A stretch of 64,000 nucleotides of DNA, taken from positions 434,001 through 498,000 of the forward strand of contig JAUFOQ010000005.1 of assembly GCA_040285855.1 (NCBI GenBank), read 5' to 3'. The notes under the pieces are model-generated. The model saw only the letters and a list, made by a program, of their open reading frames with translations, was not told the DNA's origin and searched no databases. The position numbers and the translations under genes are program-made. Within the stretch, counting starts at the first letter, position 1, and each line of letters begins with the position of its first letter. Origin of the DNA: Eukaryota sp. GEM-RC1. Its lineage: Eukaryota. Positions 11,107-23,586 of the stretch are shown here, piece after piece.

Positions 11107-13589
11107 TATAGATCATATGTAGGTTACTGTACGATATCACACCAGTTACTAGCCAAATGAATAATGTGTTGTAAAGTTGTTGCTTTAAGTCAGCTTCTAC
11201 AACTAACTGTTGTGTAGTTAAGTATTTATTGCCTGTCCAAAAAATGGATAAAATCAGCAATAACAATGATCAAGCCGGCTCATTGGCCGGTTGGCCAGAA
11301 GTGCAAGGCCGATCGAGAATTAACAGTGGGTCACCAACCCTATGACTGACTGATTGCCCCATGAATGATGCCAATTGTTATCATCGAATTGCCTGTCACG
11401 TTTCCAACAAGAATGATACTCATCAACTCATCTTCCAGTTTGTACAAGTTAAGATTCATTCTCTTGTTACTTCCCCAATCGAAACGTAATCAAGCTCAAT
11501 TCACAATCGGCCATAAACAAAATATCCTATCTGTAATAGAAACAAAGAGCAAAGCTGTTGTTTTTTCTAAGTACCGGAATCTTGATCACCACTGGAAGAC
11601 TAACAGGCTGAGGTCAGACCCTCCTTCCTTTCGAAAGGAACTTCTGGTGTAGGATTGATTTAGGCCTTTGAGTACTGACCTTGAAGAATCCTTGAATAAT
11701 GAGATATTAGAAAAACGGTCCTGTCTAGAACAAGTTACATTAAATTGGGTAAAATCCAGAGCTTTTACTTTGACAGCACTGAACAATGACAATCCTCAAG
11801 CCTCGGGTAGGTGAGTAAGATACGTTGTTAAAAAAACAAGTCTTTGAGAGCTTTAAAACATTAAACATTTAACATCAAAGCTGCTATTGTTGCTTCCATA
11901 ACAGAGGAAGCTGCTGCAGAAAAGGCGACGAGTTACCTTCACATGTCACATAAATTGTTGCAAAATACTAGTAGATTAGTATTTATACATTAAATTAGGA
12001 TCTAATCTTTCTAAACTGTACATATTTTCATAGAAGAAAATCTGCCGAATAGATCTTGGGATCTATTCTGTAGTTGACGCTACTTGAGTGCCTCACAGTT
12101 TTTGAAAGAATGCAGGTCAATTTAAAGGAGTCAATACAAGCGATGCATCCGAATATTACTGTACTATCTACTCTTGGATGCCAAGAATTCGAAGAATTTT
12201 ACGAAACAAAAAATTTAAGATCTTTCAACAATCTTACAGTCAATTTAAAAATTCGGAACTCTAAAAAAACAAGATCATAGGTCGAGATACGCGCATTGTG
12301 GAACAATTGTCCAATTTATATTTGAACATGAAATTTGTTTGACTATTTGGACAAAAATGAAGATGATCAGATGTTTTCTCATCGAATTCTCATTGGAAGA
12401 AGTTGAAAGCATTGAGAACTTGGCTTGGATTTTCAGACAGTTCAGGAATAATTCACCAAACAAACCATACAAATTGACTTTCATTTGCCATCCGAGACGT
12501 GATTCTGAATCTGTAAACGATCAGACTCTGATATCCTTTTTGGGTTCAACTCGCTGGTTATCCGACAGCTTTAACAATGATACTGGACAGGGCAAAAGAC
12601 TGATTTCAACCTATATGTGACTAAGTATAGCTGAGCCAAGGGGGAAATGTCAGCCAGCCATCATCACTAAATTTGATGATACAGTGCTGGAAATTACTTC
12701 CAACAAACAGAAGTAGTGGAATAACTATCATGAACAATCCTCTTGAGTTTCAAATCAAATAATGATAGCAATTGAACTAGAGTGAAGATGTAAACCTAAA
12801 AACTGTTCCTGGACCAAAACAAAATGGCAGTAGACATTGAAATACATTAAATGATACCTAAGTTAGGGGTCCTAACAATTTAAAAAAGTGTGAGAACAAG
12901 ACATCATTGAACTTGAAAGAAACCAATCAGCAATGAAGTGATTGAGTTGATGATGTCATCAACCAGGAATCCAAAGTAAAGTAACAAACCTGAAACTCAA
13001 AGTAAAACCAGGTTATCCAAGACAAATAGACATGGAGGAAGATGAATCGAGAAATAGACTCAAGTATAAATGTTTAATCAAGAGTAAGTTATAGAACAGA
13101 CTCAACTAGAGTATGATAACTACAAACACGTTTCCTAACACCGTGTTAACACGTGTCAAGGGTTACTTCTGGTAACGTGTCACGTACACAGCACTCAATT
13201 GACGAAGAAGAATTGATCTGCAAATGAGATAACCGATTCTCCGTTGTGGACTAATAGAGAAGTGAAGAAGATAGAAGACGGGGAACAACAATGTAGAGCA
13301 AAGGACATAAATGTAAAGTTCGAGAGAGTTGAATCAAAGATAGAAGTTCATGTCCTCTCCTCAATGTTGAACATGTAACCTTCTCCTGATCGAAATAGGC
13401 CGTCCTTAGTGACGCGCCACGATTCTACTGCTCAATCCGATTCAATTGAACGAACAACTCTTTCTTTCCTTGAATATATTTCTTCTCAAAGTCCTTTCGA
13501 CGTTCGATCTTCACGTCTTTGTGACCAATCGAACTCCTACAGAGATTCATGAGCAGCGTTTGGTCTGAAACCAAACACTACCTAAAAAC

Positions 13590-14467
13590 GTGATCACTAG
13601 TCTGAAGTCTCTCTCATTTCCTTTAACTAAAACTGGTGAATCTCCACCTCCAAGCTCTGTCGCTTCTCCTCGTCCTTCACACTCCTTCGATTCCTTCCTT
13701 CTTTCTCCCTCTCAAAGTAATGTCTTGTCAGTTCTCTCGTCTCCTGACCTTTGTGACTCTCTACTTGTCAAACACTAGTACTCACCAGTGATTTAGGCCA
13801 TCATTTCAATCTCAAGGAAACTCTGATTTGAATGTCTAACATGAGTTACTATCTATTAAGGTACCCTATTTATTACTAATGACAGTGTTACTTACTTTCC
13901 AGCATTCACACTACCTAAATCTACAGTCTTTTGAATTGACTGATTGTTGTAATTTCTTGGTATTATTTTCAATGAAAGTAATAGAACACGTGTTTTTTTG
14001 ATATACTTTCTTGAAAAAAGCTTTTATTAAGACCATGTTCATTGTTCTTTATATTCTGAATGAGTTTAAAAGAACTTGATTAATGGAGATTATTGGATGC
14101 TAAATTTCCTTTTTTACTAAACTAATAACATTGTTGAGTGTTAGTTTCGAGTCTACTTAAGTTAATCCTACTGATTTAATAGTTACCTAACAACTTCTTC
14201 AATTATTCATTGTCAATCTTAATGGAGAGTTGTTTACTCATCTTCTTTCAACACTTCTCTGTTTTAATTACTGGTTTCAATGGTTCTACTCAGTGGAGGA
14301 AGGAATTTTCACTACTCAGAATCTTTTATACTATTTTTTCTTTTAATCCAGTTCGTTTGACCTTTGACCGTAAAATAGCTCAACAGGTCAATGAACTCAA
14401 AACAACTGTTAAAACTTTACTTTTACTCTTGTTACTTGCTGCTAGATATAGAACTCTCCAAGTATAA
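13590..14467 (+). pseudogene. Degenerate gene with Ser/Pro-rich N-terminus, possibly LRR family; copies at 44828-45694 and 51820-52810
   Basis: MITSLKSLSFPLTKTGESP... then many stops; Leu-periodic fragments. Confidence 0.4.
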
Positions 14468-15024
14468 CCATGATCTTCAGTTAGGGGTTTGACCAGTCGT
14501 TTATTGAGTGAACAAAGATATTCTTCAAGTTTTACATAGTATCCTTTGAATTTGTTGCTGATGTTTTTCTTCACCATTTCCTCATTTATCTTAGTCATCA
14601 ATGACTTAAACGCATCATCAAAATCAATGGAGTTAAAATGAGTTTTGTAAATTCTTTTGAATGAATCGAGGTCAACAGGTTTATAAAATCTTGATACGTC
14701 ACGTAGTGATTCTTTGAAATAAATCAAATCGTTTTCAATAGTTCGATAGTCAAAACTATTTTCAACAGACCATTTAGTAGACGTTTTTCTCTGTATCTTG
14801 CGATTTACCTCTGAGGGGGAACAAAGGGAACGAAAGGGAGTTTTTGGATGATTTGCTTCTCTCTTAACGTTTGGAGCTTTTTTCTGACTGCAACGTCGCT
14901 TACGTGAAATAGGCTTAGAAGAAGTAGGCCTAGATGGGGAAACTGATTTGTAACAACAAGCGGAGCAACAAGGAGCAGCAGAACATTTTTCAGCAGAACA
15001 ACGATAACGACTAGAATTTGGCAT
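14380..15024 (-). CDS. Hypothetical basic protein, 214 aa, Cys cluster at N-terminus
   Basis: ATG-initiated ORF absent from duplication copy B; 3' end runs antisense into the pseudogene; no recognisable domain. Confidence 0.4.
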   Translation of the reverse strand: MPNSSRYRCSAEKCSAAPCCSACCYKSVSPSRPTSSKPISRKRRCSQKKAPNVKREANHPKTPFRSLCSPSEVNRKIQRKTSTKWSVENSFDYRTIENDLIYFKESLRDVSRFYKPVDLDSFKRIYKTHFNSIDFDDAFKSLMTKINEEMVKKNISNKFKGYYVKLEEYLCSLNKRLVKPLTEDHGYTWRVLYLAASNKSKSKVLTVVLSSLTC

Positions 15025-15557
15025 TAGAATATATAAATAATAAAAAAATCATTTTTTCTTTACTAATCATTTTTATACTTGTAATCATTTTTCTACCTTG
15101 GAAAAATATTAAAAAAAAACCTTTGGGTGTAGAGATATAAGGGGGTGGGGAACCAGAAAGTTTTTTTCTTTTTTCTTTTTCTTTTTTAAGAGCGTCTAGT
15201 TCAATTACGGTATCTATCAGTGATGTGATATATAGAGAAGACTGGATGCATTCTAATACCTTTCGAGGCTTCTGCGGCTTCATGTAGATGAGAGTCATAT
15301 TCTCCAGTGTCTTTAAGTTCTGTCATCTTTCAAGACGTTAGGGAGGGCTAAAAGCTTTTTCTCAATGTTATCCTTCCAAACTTTACCACAAGCTTCTCTA
15401 AGAATCTCAGACGTTCCCGCCACCCTTCTGATATCTTTGACTTGCTTGTAGAAGTCTTTTGGTCCATCATAAATCTTTTTGATTTAATTTCACCGTGTTT
15501 GTTTGGAAAAACACCTTTACTGTTATGCTATTAAATTCAAGTGGTCAATGAGTTTGT

Positions 15558-16140
15558 TCACTTGGAAGTAGTGGACGAGATAGTAGAAGTCATAAGCATT
15601 GCTCTCGTTGAGGGTGAAAGATTGCCCGAAGAAGGAGTTGAACAACTATTCAACAAAAAACTATGAAGTTTTTTAAATTTAATATTTTCCAAGGATTCGA
15701 TTGACATTGGTGAAGTAACATTGCCAAGAACCAATTCACTGAAGTCGTCTAGATCAATTGAATCACGTTTCCAATCAAAGATTCTAGTAACAATGAGTTT
15801 GTGGGAAAATAGAGTCAGCATCCACAACAAGAGAGGTAGAGGAAGATGAAGAAGAGAGATAAGAGCGTAACTTACCTCCATTAAGGAGAAGAGTATCAGT
15901 TACAGTGAGAGTTGAGTGATCTTTGAAGAAGAGAACGACATTGGTGGACAGATTTAGAGAAGATATAGAGACGTGGTCATCAATAGTGACGGTAATCGTA
16001 GAAGGAGGAAGATCATTTATCTGAATGCCACGTGGCATACAGGATTGCCAGTTAATTCCTTCAGACCAAAGTCCGTCAGTTGAAGCACTGCACTGTTAGA
16101 TCAAACAAAGTACGTAGTAGAAGGAGTCCGATGATCATGC
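15558..16140 (-). pseudogene. N-terminal fragment of a secreted/surface beta-rich protein
   Basis: Hydrophobic start MIIGLLLL, DGLWSEGINW motif, Ser/Thr/Val-rich strands; frameshifted and truncated. Confidence 0.4.
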
Positions 16141-17064
16141 TGAACTGAATAGAGCTAAGTGTTTCAACAAAATACATCATCATGTAATCTTTTTTTAAAT
16201 TTACAAATAAAGATGTATTTTATTTAAACATTTTCAATCAATGTAATCAATTTTGAGAAGAGTCTCAAATGCGTGTATTTTCCCCTTCCGACGATCTCCA
16301 TTTAGGATCTCTTGATTTAGAGATTGTATCCAACAATTCATTTCGTCTTTCAAAACTGTCACATGATTCAAACCGTTTGATGCTTGGAGATGTCGAAGAA
16401 AAGATATGTTGGTTGGAGGAAGTTATTTTAAAACATGTTGGAAGTATTGGGTTTATTTACTATCCTAATCAGAAGTAAACACGTCGTTCACGTCATCACA
16501 CAGTGAGTTTTTACTTGATACCTTATGAAATCATCCTACCAGTCAACTAATGGTAGACGTGGAACGGAAAGGAGAAAAAGGATTCTTAGATGCTTATCAT
16601 TGTAAGTGTTTTACGACACAGTGTCGGTCTCTTAGTGGTAAACTTCTAGTAAGTCAACTTTTACAACACAAATAGCCTTCTTCAATCCTTATTTTCATAT
16701 CTTATCCACCCAAATTTATGTCCGTTAATCATCAACTTTGAGCGCTTTTTTTTGCTTGTGTGTAACATTGTCTATCCTATGCTAACTGTATTGGTCAATT
16801 GATAGTATCATCGCACTTTTCAAAATTTCGTCCTGTTTCAGCGCTGAGGAAGAATTGAACTCAATTACACATATATGGAAAACCAATCAAACTTCTACAA
16901 AGATTTAGATACATGATCAGAAACTTGGTCTGAACTGCAATATCAAGATAACCTTCCCCTAACGAAAACAATCTTTCTCAGCGCCTCGCAGCTCACCACA
17001 TACCTCGTTGATTACTGACTGGTGATTTACGGATAAATGTCGAACCTAACAACTTAGAATTGGC

Positions 17065-17420
17065 TTGTTCATACGAAGACCACCGATGATCCTTTTTCTC
17101 TATTCTTTAAGACCCGAAAATTCTGTCACAATACTCTCTTCTTGTATTCATCCTCTTCCTTTCACTCACGATCTCACCGAAGGTTCAAAACAATCAAAAG
17201 AGGACTTACATTATCAGCAAAGCTTGCTGATTTTGATTCGTCTACACTCCTTGAAACGTCTCTTAAAAACTTCTTCTACAGTCTATTATGACGAGTCTGG
17301 TCGCTTTTTTTTGTAGTTTGACCCAACAACTGCCTGACTACTTTACTGATTTAGGTGGCAGTTCTATCGGTGCAAAATGGGCTAGACCATTGACGGAGGC
17401 ATTTATCAACAATACAGTTA
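17065..17420 (+). pseudogene. LRR-family remnant
   Basis: YQQSLLILIRLHSL motif followed by a degenerate LRR (DLGGSSIGAKWARPLTEAF). Confidence 0.55.
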
Positions 17421-18931
17421 AAAGGTAAATGACATATATTTCATCATTAACACTTCATCCGGTACCCAATAGTAACTTTACCACAAAAATATTCAATTTT
17501 AACAATCGAAAGATACTAAGAAGTTATATTTTTATAATCTGCATTAGATTGTTATTTTCTTTTGTTAGTTCAGAAACGATTCTTTGTTGCGTTTAGCTGG
17601 AGTTGGATGTATTGAAATCGATTAGGATTCATTGAAGGTTGCTTAAGACATCGCGATGTTTTCTCCCTAATAACTCTTTGGATTGAGAAAAATGGGAAAC
17701 GGATGTTGTGTTGTCAATTGCCAGCAGCTGACAGATAGAGGATACCAAATATGCTACAAACGTTGAACACGGGCGGGCATGTATTCTTCACTTTTTAGCG
17801 TTTAGAATATGGGTAAGAAGTGGGATTGAATCCAAGTTCCGAAAATTGAAGACATGTGGATGTGAAACGCTTTTAAAAAACCGCGGATACGTAAAAAGTA
17901 CAATTAATCGTGTCCATCATGAGTAACATCAGTTTGTAAATTGACAAGAGGTTGGTTGTTGCAAGTCTAGTACAGTACCTTCTTGTCGCGAACAATTCGT
18001 TATCATGGTGATTATCAATTCTAGTGATAATCACGATATATTTATTTATTGTGATGTGAGTTACCAACATTAATATTATTGCAATATATTTAAATATAGT
18101 GGATTGCTGTATTGTCTGTTGTTACAGTAATTCATTGTGCTATTTTTGCAGCAACACTGGATAGTGATCGATTAGAAGTTGCTTACGATACAATTCTATC
18201 AGAGTTCTTCTTAACGCACGGAAATTGTTGCCCATTTTTTTTACAGATCTACACTTAACACGATTTGTGCTATCTTACATGAAGGATACTCAATCTATTT
18301 TGTTGCTATGCAATCAAGCAAAAATTCATTTTTGAATTTGTTAATCGTTTTCCCAATTACATTTTACTGACTAGCTTCAATTCTTGTAAATATTGAATTG
18401 ACGTGAACAAAGCGTTTTTAATAAAAAATGGCCAAATAAAAGAAATGTTATTTTTGATATTTTCAATATTTGTATATAATGGATAAAAGAAATTATCTTT
18501 CTTTTCTATGATCAAATTACCTTTTGACGTTTGATAGATGAGATAACGGTGATAAAGTAAAAATAAGACTTGTTCATATTGATACAGTATCAATATTTTA
18601 GTGATCTAATGAGTGGATTCGAAATATCAAATTCCATTTGAGTGGTTATGAAATATCGATTTGGTAGGGGAGTGTTTTTGAAGTCTACCCTTCATTTAAA
18701 TAAAGTGTTTTCCACCCCATGCCTTTTTTCTAACTACAGCAATAAAGTCACTTGATATGGGTTTACCAAATAATATTCCTCAAGTATAAGTATCGTAGAT
18801 GTATCATCCTACCCGTGTTATATCAATATTATTGTTGGAATGTTAACACGCCATAACCACAAGGCCATACCGAGAACATACCATACCATGGCAGCATGGC
18901 ACGCCTGGCAGTTATGGCGGTCGTGGAATAA

Positions 18932-19904
18932 CAGTGATGACGGGTACCAATGGTACCCCGGGTACCATCATTTTGGGTACCATCGTGCTATGTTCGGAGT
19001 CACCTCAACACGTGTTGAATGGGGTTTTCAAGAAGACCAACACGTGCTGAAAATCGCATTCTTCTGTGTCACTTCAATAATTTTGGGTAAATCTCTACTG
19101 TTCTTGATAAAACTATATTGAGTAAAGGTAGAAAATTCAAGTTTACTCTAAAGTTTACTTAAATGTATGGATTATTGATGAGCTCTTCATGTTATAAGTT
19201 CTGGAATCATTGAAAATCAGTTTCAATTCATCAACTTGGTTCGGCTGTAACATGAGTGAAAAATAGATATGTGTTTCAGTTTGCTGATCTTACAGTGAGA
19301 TAATCTGTTTTTCCTGCTCAGAATTTATTCAACACGTGTCGGCTCCAACACTCAACACCGTGTTGAACCGAACATAGCCATCGTAATACCCTCTTTTCAA
19401 AAATCCAATGTGGGTGGTATGTTTTTTCAAGTTACTGTATAAAACTTGTATATACAATCTCAACACTAGTACACCGCACAGTATAGAGTTAGCACTTTAT
19501 TAGAATAAAAACTATGATACAGAATCACTCATCACCAAACTCGTCTAATGGATCCAGCAGAAAAGGTGCACAAACGAAAAATGGATCACCACAATCTTCT
19601 TCTTCGTCCAAATCCTCTATGGCGGCTTCTAATTCCCAGTTTGTTTCATCACAATCATCAGCTTTAGGATCTTCAAAATCACTATGTTCCATTGCCAGCT
19701 CATAGTCTGGTTCTTCTGCCTCCAGTTCACACAGATTCTTGTGGTTGAAATTACATTAAAAGGCATCCATTTTGTCCTTGGCGGTGGTGGCCATTAACGC
19801 GACCAGCGGCCTGATCTTTCCCCTACCGAACTTGCCTCTTATTTGCAGGTCCTCCCATGCTGTAAGGTAGGGTAACAATGCCAAATTGATACACGGGATT
19901 GGTA
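18932..19904. mobile_element. hAT-like non-autonomous element, one end truncated, with nested insertion
   Basis: Terminus CAGTGATGACGGGTAC, GGTACC subterminal repeats; inverted homolog of 53770-54413. Confidence 0.6.
18987..19378. mobile_element. 392-bp TIR element with 6-bp TSD (CATCGT)
   Basis: CATCGT|GCTATGTTCGG ... CCGAACATAGC|CATCGT; single CATCGT at the homologous empty site (~54382-54387, reverse strand); AACACGTG subterminal repeats. Confidence 0.8.
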
Positions 19905-20873
19905 CAATTAATACTACTTTGACAGATATTAATTTGACGTGCAATTCTATTGGAGCTGAAGGTGCTAGGACTTTGGCAGATGCATTGAAAGTTAATACTA
20001 CTTTGACAGAAATTAATTTGACGGACAACCTTATTGGAGCTGACGGTGCCAGAGCTTTGGCAAATGCATTGAAAGTTAATACTACTTTGACATATATTAA
20101 TTTGACGTGCAATTCTGTTGGAGCTGAAGGTGCTAGGACTTTGGCAGATGCATTGAAAGTTAATACTACTTTGACAGATATTAATTTGACGGACAATCTT
20201 ATTGGAGCTGACGGTGCTAGGACTTTGCAGATGCATTGAAAGTTAATACTAGTTTGACAGATATCAATTTGACGGACAACTCCATTGGAGATGAAGGCGC
20301 GAGTTTATTGGCAGACGCTTAAATGTGAATGATGTAACTACAAAAATTGATCTTATGAAAAACTCTATTGGAGATGATGCTATCAGACCTTTTGAACATG
20401 CTTTGAAATTGAATAATACACTGACGACGCTTAATCTCAGTTACAACTGTGTTGGAAATGAAGGTGTCAGAGGTTTGGCGAAGGCATTAAAAGTAAATAT
20501 GTCACTCACATATTTTCGTCTTGAAAACAACTCCATTGGAGCTGAAGGTGCCAAAGCATTGGCAGAAGCGTTAAAACTTAACACTACACTTTAGTCTATT
20601 GTTCTGTGGGGAAATTCGGTTGGAAATATAGGTGCCATATCATTGGCAGATGCATTAAAAGTTAATTATACAGTTACAAATATTGATCTGAGATGGAACT
20701 GTATTGGAGCCGAAGGTGCTATTGCTTTGGCAGACACCTTGAAAGTTAATGATATAATTATTAGTGTTTATTTGGATGGAAATTTTTTTTGAAGAGGAAG
20801 GTTTTGTAGCGTTGGCAGAGGTGTTAAATGTTAACAATGTTGTTCACTTACGGGCCATGCCTCAATTATTTTA
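19905..20873 (+). pseudogene. 5'-truncated RI-like LRR pseudogene
   Basis: 84-nt LRR units with frameshifts near 20228 and 20322 and an in-frame TAG at 20592; begins directly at the transposon breakpoint. Confidence 0.85.
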
Positions 20874-22614
20874 GAATAAAATAGTTCTATAATAAACAAT
20901 AAATGGCATCTTCAACTATTATAAGTCTTAATGAGGTTAATATTGTTTCTATCACTCTCTTTTTTCACGTTGGTTCGGAACAAGTTTTAAATGAATATGT
21001 GGAGTGATTATCCGGTGGCCATCAACACAATCACTGTTTTCGACAATAATTTCATCAAACAGAATTTTTGCCACATTCGTGTTGTTTCAGTCTCATGCAA
21101 AGAAACCGAGTATCAGATAGACATTCAGTCAAGATAGAACCATGAGAAATGTCAATGAGTGCATTTAGCAATCCACTGAATCTTTGATTATACAATTCAA
21201 ACACCCCAGGAACATTGTGCAGAAAGTTAAAACCATCATTTGTAGTGGTTTGTCATTCTTTAAACCCCGAATCGGCAGCGGAATGAATAATAGACTGTGT
21301 GGCAGAAAAACTTACAGTACCCCAGGAATTAATTTCTGACATTAGCATGTTCTCAGGACAATCCACAATCCGGGTGTTTATTTATGACTGTTCGACACAT
21401 CGATTTGGAATGTTTAATTTCATGACCAACATTTGTAACAGTTTGTAAATAAGAATTTAAATTGAGACTGTTAATTTTTTGAACAGGTCGTTATTCTAGA
21501 AGAATTGCTGGTTTTCATAAGACTCTAACTTTAAACTAGCATGGAGATTTTTTCTAATACGAGAGCATGAATAACATACGATTCCCCGGCATCTGTAATC
21601 TTTATGCGTGGAAAGCAATTGTATCTCAGTAGAAGACGAAACAATTGAGAATTTTTTCCAACAATAAACACTTCTTACCTCTTTCCTCTTTCTTCTCGTC
21701 AACGTTGGCCTGTCGGCAACAGTAGAACAGAAAGACTTGAAACATTGGTGTGATCATACACTTCTGGTTTTAATGATAGATTGGTAGAATTGGTGTCAAC
21801 AATACAAAGCGAAATATCTCCACCTAACAGAAAATTATTGGTACAGAGAGTTTGCAAACTCACGATATTATACAATTTTACATCTAAAATTCCATCCAGA
21901 GAACACGTTTAATAGGAATGATCGAATTTAGTGTACTGTAATCTAACCTAAAATCAATGCAAAGTAGAAAAAATTTGTCTTTGGATAGGAATTTTCAACA
22001 TTTGATTAATTAAACCCGAAAATTATGGTTGGGAAAATAAAAAGCTAAATTCTGAGTAAAAGATGATGAATACGAGGTGGGAAAGAAGCCAAGTTCCGAA
22101 AGGACATAATAGAAGACATAAGGTGATGCCTGAACAGGGCAGAAAGTAGCTTTATAGGGAGAGATAATCTATAAAATAAGAGACTACAGTTTACTTCTAG
22201 AACACAGTTCAACACTTGCTGTGCTAACAAAGGATGTGACAAGACCTTAACAAAAGGGTAATACTTAAAGTACAAGTAAAAGTGGCCATTATGGGTAACT
22301 TCGGTACCTGAATTGATAAGAATTTGGTGAGAAAGGAATAGATGGAAGAGTTAGTTTCATACAGAGATTTCAAGGGTATAGTTTAGGAAGGATCATGAGC
22401 ACGAAATATGCAGCAACAAACAAAATCATATTTTTGCACAGTACTTTTTGCCCAAAACAAGGTTCGTTATCACCTTGATGAGATTACCAATGGTCTATAC
22501 ATTAACATCGTACATTTGATTAACCACCATTAAGGAGATCTCTTTTACTGTAGATCTAACTACAGTATTCGTCAAGAATGTTCAACTTGTTGGTTATATC
22601 AGTTTCTCAGTGAT

Positions 22615-23472
22615 ATGTCATACTCGAGCCCGACTACTCACGATGAAGATCTTCTTCCAAAATTCAACAATGTTCCCTCATTTGCAACTGTTACATGGGG
22701 TATCAAAAAGATTCTGACCTGGGTTGTCATAATCTTCATTCTGTTCTGGATCTGCGGTAAGTTCCTTGTTACTACGGATTGGACGTCTTATGAACAATCA
22801 ACTCTCAAGTTCTGTGTGCCGGATAACAAACACGAGTTTATCAGAGATTGCTCAGTGTGGTCTTTGATCATCTTTGCTTTGGTCATTTTGTTTCTCATAT
22901 GGAAGTTGTGTCACTTCACAAACAAAAACTCCCCTCATAATTTAGAAACCTTCACATGGTTGTTTCTTTGCTTCGCCTTGGTGGTACTGTTCATTGGATG
23001 GTGGATATTGAAAGCTACTAGAACTTTGGTTGGTGAACAACTTACTGGTTTGGGATCTTTACTTACTTCTCTATGGTTTGCTTACTACTCAGTGAATAGA
23101 GTTTTAATACATAAGAAGAATGGAGCTGAGAACACAATTGCCCTTTTTTCGATCTTTTGGGTTGTTATTGTCATTACTTTTGTCTTCTCGGTAGTCATGG
23201 TCAAGACATGGTTGTTGGTTTTTATTGTGGTTTTTGTGTTCATTATCATTTCTACTTCCTGTGAAACATATCTGCAAATGGAGAAGAATGGTGGACTCAA
23301 GCTATTCAGTATCATTTGTATCATCTTGTTCCTTGGTTCAGTGTGTTGGTTTCTTGGACAATTCATTTGTATTCCCCACTCTGGTCTCCAGCTCAATCTC
23401 TTGTGGAAGATTTGCATCATTATTGTAATTTTCCTAGTGTGTAACTTGTACAAAGAAAACCCTGTCGTCTAA
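22615..23472 (+). CDS. 7-TM ceramidase/CREST-like membrane protein, predicted catalytically inactive
   Basis: Intact ORF with about 7 hydrophobic segments; FC...FIR..SVWS, GEQL, ICIPHSGLQ..LW motifs resemble ceramidase-domain proteins. Confidence 0.65.
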   Translation: MSYSSPTTHDEDLLPKFNNVPSFATVTWGIKKILTWVVIIFILFWICGKFLVTTDWTSYEQSTLKFCVPDNKHEFIRDCSVWSLIIFALVILFLIWKLCHFTNKNSPHNLETFTWLFLCFALVVLFIGWWILKATRTLVGEQLTGLGSLLTSLWFAYYSVNRVLIHKKNGAENTIALFSIFWVVIVITFVFSVVMVKTWLLVFIVVFVFIIISTSCETYLQMEKNGGLKLFSIICIILFLGSVCWFLGQFICIPHSGLQLNLLWKICIIIVIFLVCNLYKENPVV

Positions 23473-23495
23473 TTAGTGTTTCCCAATGAATAAAA

Positions 23496-23586
23496 TGATA
23501 CCGTTTGGCTACAAAGGGTAGGGAAAAGATGTTTATAAATAAAATAATATGATCTTGTAACACTTCACTAACACCTGTGGCTAACA
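23496..23586 (-). repeat. 3' LTR (91 bp)
   Basis: Identical to 29695-29785; preceded on the minus strand by PPT GAAAGAAGAGAAGAGGTAA. Confidence 0.95.

Larger units (their letters stand above)
1..14467 (+). repeat. Segmental duplication, copy A
   Basis: Colinear with 31339-45694 apart from indel blocks; starts CCTAAATCTCAGTGG, ends CTCTCCAAGTATAA in both copies. Confidence 0.95.

Noticed and set aside
11274..12620. GCCGGC repeats, possible terminus ACCAACCCTATG and short ORFs
   Set aside because: Matching terminus and TSD not found; ORFs are broken differently in the two copies and show no recognisable domain
13123..13190. Cluster of CACGTG/AACACG motifs as an E-box promoter
   Set aside because: The same motif is a transposon subterminal repeat elsewhere in the window; no evidence of regulatory function
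21000..22440. Coding-like minus-strand fragments
   Set aside because: Multiple stops in all frames; no identifiable family
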